Assembly: GCA_964016885.1 (NCBI GenBank)
Contig: OZ024740.1
Span: 100,130,001 to 100,194,000 of the forward strand
Source: Eledone cirrhosa
Taxonomy: Eukaryota
Reading direction: 5' to 3'
DNA length: 64,000 nucleotides
Part shown: positions 26,333 through 38,439 of the stretch, piece by piece
Layout of the letters: every line of letters begins with the position of its first letter
Numbering within the stretch: the first letter of the stretch is position 1
Position numbers and translations under genes: made by a program
Notes under the pieces: generated by a model
Databases searched by the model: none
Told to the model about the DNA's origin: nothing
What the model saw: the letters and a program-made list of their open reading frames with translations, nothing else

Positions 26333-26368
26333 CTTTTGAAAAGCAGAAGAACTGCGAAACCGGTAAAG
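26333..26368 (+). ncRNA. Minimal type I hammerhead-like motif (U3-A8 core variant)
   Basis: CTT-TTGAAAA-GCAG-AAGAA-CTGC-GAAA-CCGG-TA-AAG; palindromic stem III (ACCGGT); followed by AATAAA and (TA)n. Confidence 0.5.
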
Positions 26369-26639
26369 GAACCAAATAAATATATATATTTTTTTAAAAA
26401 TAAGACTCCAGTTGCATTTTCGATTTTATTTTTTTTCTTTATATATATATATATATATTATATGTACAGATTGAAATTTAAGCAAAGAATCACTTCTTTC
26501 ACCCTTTCTTCTGATCAAGCCCTCTTCACATTTATCATTACTGTATGTATATGTATTTATGTAGATATAACTTTGATAAATTTTATAAGTTTCAGCCATG
26601 TCTAACTTCATTGCACCACCTGGCGACGTCTTTCAAAAC

Positions 26640-27625
26640 AGCGTTTGGACACCATAGTCCACTCATGTAGAGAGTTATTGTTTACGGATACATATCCAGA
26701 TGAAAGAGGTTTATCTGGGATTTCTTGGCTGAATTTTTCTAAAACTGTTTTGAATTTTATGTGTTTTTATGTAATGTTAAAGTGAGCGGCACCAGTTGAG
26801 GAGAAATAATTATGCCATAATGTTGTTATGAGATATGCATTTGATTTTTGTTGTGGCGGATAGCATGGGGTCCAAGCCTTCGGTGTACTTTAAAGATGAT
26901 ACTAACATCATTTGAGCAATGCTGATGGAATATTTTCAACATCATATAGATAATGTAGTTTTCATGGCAGCTTTGGAGAGAGTAGAATTTGAGTTTTTCT
27001 AGTCAAACCCAATAGCCAAGGCATGTCATGCTGTCTATCGTTTTTGTGATTGACCATTGAGGTGCTTCATTTTCATAATACTTTGGTTCATGTGGGGAGA
27101 TCATACAGGACAAAAGTATTCAAGGAGGGGTTGGAAAAAAGTAAAGAAGAGAAGGATAATGATGTGGATATCTCTCAACTAGAAAGTTCTGAAAATCCAG
27201 GAACACATCCTGCTGGCCATGTCCATATTGCTGTTTATATGAGTGGTCCAGCTTATGTTGTTATCAACAATTACTCCCAGGTCTCTGATCTTGGGTGCCA
27301 TGAGGGTTTTAATTGAGGGAATGAAACATTCAGTGCATTCTCTTTTCCGAAGTGGATTAATTTCAATTGATCCTCGTTCAGCAATATATTGTTTTTTTTC
27401 CAGTCCATTGATCTGATTGAAAGCATGTCCAGTCTCCCATTCCATTCATGAGCTTCTGGAACTTGGAATCATCTGCAAAGATTTTTATGTTGCTGTGCTT
27501 GATGATGACAGTAATGTCATTGATATAGATAATGAAAAGAAGTGGGCCCAACCTTGTGTGACGTCACTACTGACTTTGGTTGGACTTGATTGTACTCCTT
27601 TGACTACAACATAACCCTTTAGAAA
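26640..27625 (-). mobile_element. Decayed CR1-group LINE 3' part
   Basis: VVVKGVQSSPTKVSSDVTQG..., KIRDLGVIVDNNISWTTHI...ASRMCSWIFRTF. Confidence 0.75.
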
Positions 27626-28009
27626 AAAACCTTTCACTGAGAGGAAATGCATAGTCTGCAAATTAGGCCCACAAATTAAATGCAACATTAATAATGTAGT
27701 ATACTGCATAAGATGTACTGAAGGACATTGTAGGGATAGAAACACAACTTACATAGGTCAGACAGCCCGTAGCATGGAGAAAGGATAAATGAACACTGGC
27801 AAAAATTTCAAGATGGGAGAACTCATCAGTACTCCACCAATAGGCAAGAATGGAACATAGAGGCAGACTAGAGAACATAGAAATAAAAGTTTTACACACA
27901 CACAGAAAATGCAATGCTCTAACGTATTACAGAAGTAACTAACATAAATGATCTCTAACCAAATTAAACAGAAAATATGAGTGGAATAGCAACAACATCA
28001 CAACTTATT

Positions 28010-28880
28010 TTTGTCTCATTGTTCATACACTTTAATATTACATATTAAACAGATCATGCTCACTTCATTTCTCTCCAGCCTTCACATATCATCTGCATTC
28101 ACTTCCATGCAGCTTTTCCCTTCATACCCAAGCACATACAATCTAGCTCATAGAGAAATTCCTTTGATGTCAACAGAAGTAGTAGTTCTCTGAACTGCCC
28201 CTAGTCCAGCCCTACTCTTATTTTTTGCTACTATTATTTCAGAACAACTTCCTCCACTGACAGTTAGATCACCCAGGTGACAAAAGTTATCAACTACTTC
28301 TATGGGAACTTCCTGAGATTGGAAAATGTTTATTCCACTGGTGATATTACTACCAAGTCTCTTTGCGCATTTGCCACATACATAGCTTACATTTTCTGTT
28401 AGCCTTCCTACAATGTTACTACACCATTAGTGTACCCATATTTTACATTGTGTACATTGTATATAGTTCCTCCCTACTTCTTTTTGGCATACTGAACATG
28501 ACCACTTCTCTAGTGGAATCAGAGCCTCGTCTTCTTTCTTACATACTAAAACTTTCGTCTTTCCTACATTTACTCTGAATCTTTTAGGTTCTAAATTCTA
28601 TTCCTAGGGCAACAACATGCCAAAGTTCTCAAGCACCGCTGGTCTTAAAGCCTTCTGTTATAGCCAGAAGCACTGTAATAAATAGGAAATATCTGAGGAG
28701 AGAATATTGATGAACACCTACTTCCCATTGAGTTCCTTACTAAACTCATACTTTACTGACAGCACTACTTTATATGGTGTGCACTCGCAAGCTTCTTATC
28801 TACAGTTAGTTTCCTTAGTGACCACCAAATAAGACAGATTGTGGTACTCTGTCAAAGGCCTCTTCCAGATCTACAAATGC
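28010..28880 (-). mobile_element. Heavily decayed RTE RT/C-terminal fragment
   Basis: Minus strand AFVDLEEAFDRVP at ~28843-28880 and LERNEVSMI at ~28050-28080. Confidence 0.7.
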
Positions 28881-28937
28881 TATGTATAATTACATATATG
28901 TGTATGTATATGAGTGAGTGTATATGTGTGTGCTTGT

Positions 28938-28994
<57 letters not shown>

Positions 28995-30899
28995 CCTGCA
29001 CGCATGTATGTATGTGCATGTGCATGATAGATATGTAAATATCATGCAATATTTGCATTAACTCTAGAGTATTGTCCATAGACTGATTAATTAAATGATT
29101 TTGAAATGTCACCATTAGTATTTTGATATTTTCAAAAGATATTGTCTTACATTTAGTTGAAAGTATGACTGTGTAATTAAGAAGTTTGCTTCATAGAAAA
29201 ATAATTCAGTTTCAAATTCATTGTTCAGCAGATAGGACTAGAGACTTCAACCATAACCATGTGAGTAGAATTTTGTAGACAGAAATAATGCCGAAGTCTC
29301 TCTCATCATTATCACCCTCATCATAAATTTTATCATTGCTTTTCTATGGGTTTGTATGGGTTTGCGTTGGATGGGTCTCCTCCACTACAATATTCTTCAA
29401 CTTGTTGCATTCCTTCATAATTATTTTTGTGAGACTCAGCTTCTGAGATCAACTCTCAATATTTCTGTCCTCTTTTGCACATTCCTTCTACTTGTAGCTC
29501 CTGGCACTTCTTCACCCATCAATCATTATTCATATGAAGCATATCGGCATACCATAGTATGTCAATTATGATATATACTATAATAAATATGTAATATGAT
29601 TAGCAGACCTATGATCAAATGTGTTCCAGTTGCGACCATGTTGTTATTGTACAGGCCTGATTAAATAAACTGAATTGATGAAAGGCATTCAAGCCATGAA
29701 CATTCTTTCAATTTTAATAGTATTTAGGATTACATTATCAACTGTATGTTTCTTTGTTTAAGATGGTACAGTGTGATTTGGCTATTATTATTTTTATTCT
29801 TTTACTCTTTTACCAGTTTCAGACATGAGGCATATTGAATACCTGCATAGAGGCTTCCTGTTGGCTTTATGATCAAAGGTATTCCAACCATACCAATCTA
29901 TTTTGTTTTTACATAATGTAGCACAGACTATATTAACCAATATGACCTTTTCAAAATTGTCATGGTGTGCGTTGAGGGAGATTTGGCTGCTATGCTATCA
30001 GGACAAGTGACTATAGTGTAGCTCGCTCATTGCCTAAAAAGATCTGTTCAGTAGCCTAAAACATTAATCTCACTGTTACTGTCTTTCAACTTTTTTTGTA
30101 CTTTATCATTCTATCTAATAATATATCTTGGGATTTCAATGTATTTTCCACTCAGTGTCACATTGTTCATGCTTCTTCAACATTGCATGAGATTGCTCAC
30201 GCACTGCAAGATACATACAAATAAAATGAAATAAAATATATAATAATGAAATGAAATATATAAAAATGAAATATGCAAAAATATAAAAATGAAATATGCA
30301 AAAATGCATAACTAAAAATGTCCGAAAGTGCTATATTGCATCACCTAGCCTTTTAAGAATAACACTGACTACCAATAAAAGAGAGTGGCCTATAATGCCT
30401 ATATAGGTTTGTAGGAATATCAGGGAAGTTCTTCACTTGAATGCAGTCAATATGTTCTTCAATATGCATTACATAAATTTCCAGAGATATAACGACAACA
30501 ACAATAACAATAATAAGCAACTATCCAAAAATGTCAGGTAATCTTAATCTATTCGAAATTTGGAAAATTGTCTTGACCTAGACATCCCATATCCTTTGAA
30601 AAATTTTGTTAATTTAATTGGGTATGTATATATAGGTTTGTATAAAAAATCTAGAACTGTCATAGCCTTTGTTAGTCTGAGATTCAAGGTTAACAATGGA
30701 AAAAAACAAAGATGAAAAGGAAAATTTAATAATAATAAAAATAATAATTTATTTATTAGCCATATAGAAAACATTAAGGATGGGACATGACGATGCAGTT
30801 TGGGGTTTGATGTAAAGAATTTTAAAGAAAACAATGAAAAGTGTAAAATACAGACACAAACAAATTCCCCAATGGGGTGGGTAGTGGGGTGGGGGTAAG

Positions 30900-31625
30900 A
30901 GAAAGTCCACAAAAAGCCACTGTCATCTTCATGGCTAGGGCAAGTGCCACCTCTTAGTTGTCCTCCTTCAATCTACAGGTGTATACTCAGAGCAGGCTTA
31001 TTCACTCAGGAGATGTTCGCCACTATTGCTCAACTTTCAAAATCGGTTAGAAGATAGCATTTCCCTCTCCACCTTGATTTTCTTCTTCAAGTGAAACCTT
31101 ATAAAGTTAATTAGAGTTTCACTAAAGAGAAAAGAGCTTGTCTTTAACCCTTTCAAATGTGTCTACCACACGACCTCTTTCACCATGGCCACCAGACAGA
31201 TAAAAATTGCCTGTCATTCTCAGTCAAACCTACATGTTGGCAATAGTTGGATACTCGACGAGTGCATGTAGAATGGTTTGGTCCCACTGTAAGCATCTCA
31301 GACAGGCCAGGCTGATGGTACTTCAATGCCTGTTGAGTTTAGAAAGTCCCCCCAACAAAGAGTGGCTAGTTTGTTTTCATCAATGCCCAGACTGTCTCCA
31401 AGGACAACATCACTTTTAACCACCTCTAACCTCTACGGAATGCCAAGGTGGAGTTTCCATCAATTGGACTGTCCAATAGGCAAAGCACTGTGAGTGCTTA
31501 AAGACATTCCAGTTTCCGAGTAATCCATCTCAGTCTTCGCTTGGCCCAGGATTGCAGCTCTATCAAGGAGACGAGCCGGGGCAAATGTTTCTAGTGAACA
31601 ACAACTAAACCTGTTCACCATTAAG
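30900..31625 (-). mobile_element. Older, decayed Tx1-clade ORF2 3' fragment
   Basis: CLVAMVKEVVW..LKGL...KIKVEREML homologous to the ORF2 ends at 34986, 40995 and 46721. Confidence 0.8.
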
Positions 31626-31759
31626 GAAAAATTAAGATGTGAATTTTGGTTTTGGCTTTGGTTGTTGTTATTGTCATCATAATTATCACTGCTTTTATTG
31701 GTACTGCTACTGTTGCTATTACTGTTGTTGTTGTTGCTGTTACTCTTTTTATGTGTAAT

Positions 31760-32115
31760 TATCATCATCATCATCATCATCACCATTTTACGTCCATTCT
31801 TCCATGTGTTAGATGGGTTGTCCTGTTGTGGGTAATGCCGTGACCATGCCTTGCCATTACAGAACTGATTTTGGCTTGGTTTCTACAGCTGGATGACCTT
31901 CTGAACACTAACCTTATTTACAGTTAGTACTGGGTGCTTTGTCGTGACACCTACACAACCACTTTACAGTGGAAGAAAGGTGGGGGCATACTGTCTATAT
32001 GCTTCAGCTTTGGCTTGTACCCATGGGAATTCGGGTCTTCTTTATTACTGCATAATGCCAGAGGTCTCGGTGTCATCACCTGTGTCATCACCTTTGAGAG
32101 GTGCAATTGGGCAAG
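31760..32115 (-). mobile_element. 5'-truncated RTE 3' end
   Basis: Collinear with 19124-19525, including the UTR module and (GAT)n tail. Confidence 0.8.
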
Positions 32116-32736
32116 GTATTACTATTATTTTTGTTTTTCTTGTTGTTGTCAGTGACATCGATAACATCTGTATTACTGTCAGTATGAGTGGTGGCAGTCA
32201 TGAAGTTGCTATTAGTCTGGCTATTATCAATCAAAAATGTAGTATGTACTTATTGACCAGCTTGACATTTTCAGTGTTTTGTTCTATGGGTGCAGAGATG
32301 TTCGCCGACAAATGTTTTTAGAAATCTAAAGGTATAACTTGCAAATATAAGTGCAATATTTGAAACCAAGACCCAGATATTATGGGGTTGCCTTTTCTGA
32401 GCACAATGTATGGTACCATATTTACAGTTTATAAAAATCTTAAGGAAGGTTTTACAAAAAAGTGGAAATCAACAAAATTTACGGACCAAAATTATGTGTG
32501 ATGACTACTTGAGAAACCAATAATAACAACAACAACAATAATAATAGTAATAATAATAACAAGGACAATAATAAAATTATTATTATTTTCCAATATCTAG
32601 GAAATGCCCCTATCAAAACTTCAACTTCTCTAAGTGTGTAGTTATTTCTGAAATTATGAACTAGAGCAGAATGACTAGCTTATATATATATTTATATATA
32701 TATATATATAGAGAGAGAGACAGAGACAGTGTGAGA

Positions 32737-32775
<39 letters not shown>

Positions 32776-33914
32776 GAGAGACAGAGTGAGAAGATATATA
32801 TATATATATATAACCTTTCTGGGCTCCTTGCTAAGGTTTCTATAGATAATGTTCAACTAACCAACCAACCGAGAAATTGATCATACTAGCATGCTTTATG
32901 TTCATACTGAAGACCAGTTAAACCCATTTATTTATTTGTATCTATCTATCAACCTATAGGGTTTCCTATGTATCCCTCTGTCTATCTCTGTCTTGTTTTC
33001 CCCCCACAACTCACTCTCTGTCTCTCTCTCTATATATATGTGTGTTTTTGTCTGTGCGCATGTGTATGTTTGTGTGTGCTTGTCTGTATGCATGTGTATG
33101 TGTGTGTGTTTGTCTGTGTGCATGTGTATGTGTGTGTGTGTCTATATGTCTTTCTATTTATTGTATCTTCATCACAACACATCACATTTCCAAAATTTGA
33201 TGTCAACGAACATTTTTTAGTGTTGTGCAACTGGAAAGTCACACAGTTATTTCTATTTCGTGCCTAGATAAAATCTTTCCAATATTTCTCCAGTCATCCA
33301 AGTAACAATGTGGTTTGTGAATCTAGGATTATTGTTTCTAAGGATAGAAAAATATTTTCTATGATTAAAAATGGTTGTTGGTCTCAGAGGAGTCCTTCAA
33401 GCCAATGTAGTGGAGTTTTTAATTGAAGTGCAGTGTTTGTTGAACGACCTCACCCTTTACACTGGAGTTTAACTGAAATGGCCTAGCAAGCTGAGACATT
33501 GACAGGGGGGTCCTCTTGTCATAGGTTTTACATCAGAGTGTCTTACTGCTAATCTCCTAATACCTTGGAGGTATGGGGGCAGTTACCCGGGCTTCGGTGT
33601 TGCTGCTGGATGCTACAAGACATGTCCATAGATGCAGGGTCTTGGCATGTCAAGCCTGTCCAGTGTGTCTTGCCACTAAGACTATTTAACCAATAGATGT
33701 GATTCTGAAAGGTACTACTCTCCCAGGCCAGAGCATACATGGGAATAATTGTGATTAAGTAGTAATGCCAAACTCCCCAGAGTCCCAGAACTCTCAAACT
33801 GGAATGTCACTACAGGGTGCAGTTTAGTGTCATACTCAGAGGAATGATTGAAAATAATTTTAGCGCAATTCATAAAAAATTTCCGACAGGAGCTACAAGA
33901 AGAAGACATGTTTT

Positions 33915-34353
33915 AACCCTTATGAATTTTTTATGGGAGTCATGATGAGATCATTTGTAATGGGACTCCCATAAATTTCTGTTTTAAGTCATGATGAGAA
34001 TGCTTGTTATATAACTCATATGAATTTATGAAATGAGTTATAAGAATGTTTATGCTTTAAGTTCTATAGATATCTGATGAAAGTTGCAAAGAGAATGCTT
34101 GTACTGTAACTCCTATATTTTTTATAGGAGTAATAAGGAAAACTTTTGTGATGCGACTCCCATAAATTTCTGACAGAAGTTAGGATGAGAATGTCTGTGA
34201 TGTGACTTCCATGAAATTCTGATTGAAGTCATATAAGTATGTTTGTTTTGTGACTTACATACATTTCTGATGGGTGTCACAATTAGACATCTTGTGTTGT
34301 GTATGCCATGAATATTTGATGGAGTTGTTAATGTTATGCTTGTGTTGTGACTC
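33915..34353. repeat. Diverged ~49-bp minisatellite (~9 units) with internal dyad symmetry
   Basis: Approximate consensus TGTGACTCCCAT-AAATTTCTG-ATGGGAGTCACA-ATGAGAATGCTTGTGT. Confidence 0.75.
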
Positions 34354-34736
34354 CAACTTCACATACAACATTTATTTATTTCATCTTAATTTCTAGCTTG
34401 TGTAAATTAACTTATGAAATCTTCTAGCAGTTGGGTGCAGCTACATTCATTGATATTCTAATTGTAAATCTTGTTGTCCCTGAATCAATACTTGGGAATT
34501 AGCCACAATCAAGCACACCTAGGACAAAATATGTTCCAGCTATGATCATTTTATCTTTTTGCTTATTAAGGACTGTATGGTCCAATGTGTCCTTTATTTA
34601 AGATATTAGGATAGGTTACATAACAGTAGATTGAATGTTTCACGAACTTTCTGACTAACAAACATATGGATGGTTAGGTGCATAGGAAGGTAGGAAGATA
34701 GATACAAAGGTAGGTAGGTGGATGGGTAGATATGTA

Positions 34737-34770
34737 GGTAGATAGATAGATAGATAGACAGATAGATATA
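34737..34770. repeat. (GATA)n tract at the 3' end of Tx1 copy 1
   Basis: Read directly; degenerate GGTA/GATA continues leftwards to ~34690. Confidence 0.9.
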
Positions 34771-34985
34771 TTTCTTTATTTACCATAAAGGCATAACAAG
34801 AAGGGACAAATACAAAGGGGGAGTTTACATAAAATCGAGTAAAAAGGGTATAAAATGAAAATAATCGAAAACAACCTCAAAAGGCAGGGGACATGATGGG
34901 GGTTGCACACACACCCGAAAAAGTGTGCAATCCTTTTCCCGGGGAGCACATGGAGAAGGTGTTCCCCTCTCCTTCACTTCTTTAC

Positions 34986-37900
34986 CTACAGGATGGTATA
35001 CAGAGAAGGCCCATTTACACGAGCCATTCTCGCCACTATCACCCACCTTTCATAAAACTGCCTGTGGCCAAGCACCTCTCTCTCCATTCTTATCCTTCTT
35101 CCGAAGTGATATCGGAAGAAGTAGACCAGACTATGGCCAGAGAGGAAGTTGCCTGACCTCAGACCTTTCAATCATGTCCACCAAACAACCTCTTTCAACA
35201 TGGCTACTACGCACAGAAAAACCGCCTTTGCTTCTTTTGTGAAGACGGGAGGTGGCTTGATTGTCTCCACGGACTCGGCGGTCAATCGAATCGGCACCAC
35301 CCGCGACAGCAGTCGTTCGGCGTAGCCCCACAGATCAGCCACGCCCGGACATTGCACCAATGCGTGCGCAACGGTTTCTTCGTGACGCACGCATCTAGGG
35401 CAAATCTTTTTCTAGGGATCCCTGCCCGGGCACCTGTGTCTGTAGAGCCTCTCTCGAACGGGTAGAGCCCCCTGGTAGCACTGCCAGTCTAGTGACTTCT
35501 GGAAGTTGTCCATTGGTCCCGGGCCGAAAGTCCTACCGAACAGGCTGGCCAGTTCGTCCTCTTACATGTCCAGCGACTCTCCAAGGGTGTCATCGCCCCT
35601 GCTAGCCACCAGCCCTCTGTAGAATGATGAGGTGGATTCTCCACCAATGGCCTGGCCCGCTTGCCAGAGAGCCCTGAGCGCCTGGGCACACTCAGTGTGC
35701 CAGTCTCCCAGTTATCCGGATCTTTGCTTGACCCAGGACTGCAGCTCGGTGAGCGAGACGAGTCTCGGAAAGGCTCGTTTCACGAACGGAGCCCACACCG
35801 GTTGACCAGTAAGGAATACCTGTAGGTGCCGTAGCCTTAATGCGTGCCTACGCATCATCAACCACGGCATCCCAGCCCTCCTTTCGAAGGTTGTTGGCAG
35901 CAGATGGATCTTCTCACCATAGGAGGGCGCTTCTTCCAAAGAAATTGGAAGAGCATGCGTTCCATGGTGGTGAGTGTTTCCTTAGGGCAAGGCACGACAG
36001 TCAGGCGGTAGTAAGTGACGGACGCTATGTAAATGTTCGCCACCTCCGCCCGACCTTTTAGGGACAGTTTACACTTGGCCCATTTCTGGGTTAGTGCAAA
36101 CACCTTTTTCGTAACCTCGTCCCAGTTCTTTTCCACCTGGAGGTCCGGTCCAAACCAGACCCCAAGCAACTTCACCGGGCCCTCCGTCCAGCGTCCGACG
36201 ACACCGTCGGGAGGCATCGGTCTGCCTCTCCACGTTCCGAGTTGCAGCCCGATGGATTGTTCCCGGTTCAGTTTCGCTCCTGACAACCTTTCGTAATCCT
36301 CCAGTAAGGTACCGATCGCCTCGATCTCCGAGTCGGTCGATACCATTACTGTTACGTCATCGGCGTAGGCCGACACCGCTTTGCTCAATCCTGGTTCCAG
36401 GGAGATACCCTGCAACAACTCCAACTTCCTCAGTAAAGGCTCGAGAGTCAATACGTACAGAAGGGAGGAGAGAGGGCACCCCTGTCGAATGGATCGTGTG
36501 ATTTCGAACGGCTTCGAAAGGTAGCCGTTCACCTTGATCCTAGAACAGATGTGGTTGCTATGTAAGGCAGTGATCCAGGCTCTGAAAACATGACCGAACC
36601 CAGCCGCCGCTAGCACCGCATCCAGGTAACCATGGTCGACCCTATAGAAGGCCTTAGACTGATCCAAGCTGATCAGGGCCCCACCGAAGCCGGGTTTGTT
36701 GCCAACCCTCTCTATGATGTATCGCATGAGGTGGAAGTTATCGTGAATGGACCTGGATGGCATAGCACATGTCTGCGCATCTCCCACCAGGCCATCCACG
36801 ACAAGCGTCAACCTCTTTGCTAAAACCTTGGCCAAAATCTTTAACTCTGTGTTTAGCAGTGTTATGGGCCGAAAATTATTTATACTATCCCCCTCGTTCT
36901 CGTCCTTCCTCACCAGCGAGACTACGCCCTTGGCTACAGAACAAGGAATTCTCCCGTTCTGCTGCCAATCGAGGAGTTCGGAGAAGAAGACCGGCATTGC
37001 TAAATAAAGTTTGTAGGGTATACCATCGAGACCTGGAGATTTGCGTTTGCTGCATTGGCTCAGCGCATCCCCGATCTCATCAGCCGAGATTGGTCCCTCG
37101 CAGGACTCTGCCTCTTCGCTCGAGAAACGCGGCAGGCCGTCGAGGTATGGACCGAAATCCACGTCCCCGCCCGGACCCTCTCATCCCCGAATAATCGGGC
37201 AAAGTGCCTTTGAAAGGCCTCGCACATCTGCTTAGGCTCCCGGATCACCCGTCCATCCTCGTCTTGCAAAGACCGGATGGTGGATCGATTTCCACTCTTA
37301 GCTTCTGTCACGCGGGCCCAGCCAACGGCTTTGGCCCCCTCATTACCTAGAGCACGTATTTTACTTCGAATGACGCAGCCTTCGTGCTTTGCATCGAAAA
37401 ACTGGTTCAAGGCCGTCCTCGATGCCAGCACTCTGGCCACATCTTCGCTCTTGATTGCTTCTCCTAATTTACCTGTTAATTCTTTCTCGTTTCTATTCCT
37501 ATCGGCAGCTAACATCTTGCTATAACTTATTGATTCTGTTCTAATCTCTCTTTTGAGAGATGCCCACCATCGGTTGTTGACGATTGCACCCGTCAACCTC
37601 TCCTTAACTAATCTGCTAATCCGGTTTCTGTAAGTCTCTTTTGCCGGTAAAGACAAATTAAGCTTCCAGTAACCGGGACTCTGTTTATGTGTTTTCTCGA
37701 GATTGACTACGCAGGTCACTAATTTGTGATCCGTATAGCCAACCGTGAGCATTTCTGGACAGCTTAATATGTCCCTATCCTTACTTCTAACTAAGAATCT
37801 ATCTAAGTACGATCTAGATTGACCACTGTGGTTCGTCCAAGTCCAGGTTGGCACAGTTGGAAAATCTAGTCGATATCTATCGACCAAGTTAAAACGGTCG

Positions 37901-38406
37901 AGTAACCCCTTGAGGCTGTTACACCCCCCTCTATTAGGACATGCTCCTGCATAGTCCTAACGTGCATCTAGAATGTCATTCCAATCCCCCGCTAGAAGCA
38001 GGGAACGCGACGTTCCCAGAAAAGTCTCCAAACGCTGGAAGAAGTCGGGCCGTTCAGCTCCGAAAGGGGAGTAGACGGCGACCAGTCTCAAGGCCGCACC
38101 TTCACTACTGCCAACGTCTAGCACCAACACACGACCCTCCGGGTCCGAGTGAACAACCTGTACGGCAAGATCTAGGTGTTTTTCCAGCAGTACGACAACC
38201 CCACCCCCACCTCCAGGTTGACAGAGAGATGCATGCACCTCAAAGTCATCGAAGTTAGGGGCCAGCTGCCGCACGACGCTGATCCGAGTCTCACAGATAA
38301 GCATTACATTTATACCACGTGACCTGAGGTCATTTAGAAGCTTTGCTTGCTTCCAAGTTGAGCCCAGGCCACGTGCATTCAAACATCCTACTCTTAACAC
38401 ATCCAT
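34986..38406 (-). pseudogene. Tx1 copy 1 ORF2 (APE-RT-zinc finger)
   Basis: GCLNARGL, AGDWN, YLDRFL, TDHK, PGYWKLN, SPGLDGI, FRPITLLN, DQSKAF, RQGCPLS, AYADD, ETVAHALVQC; several frameshifts and stops. Confidence 0.9.
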
Positions 38407-38439
38407 GTGGGCGGCAAAGCCAAAGGAGAGTGTAGAGAC

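Noticed and set aside
33549-33909. Minus-strand ORFs of 64-82 aa
   Set aside because: No recognisable motif; probably old repeat debris that I cannot classify
33915-34353. CRISPR-like array
   Set aside because: Units are wholly homologous with no unique spacers, there are no cas genes, and the context is eukaryotic
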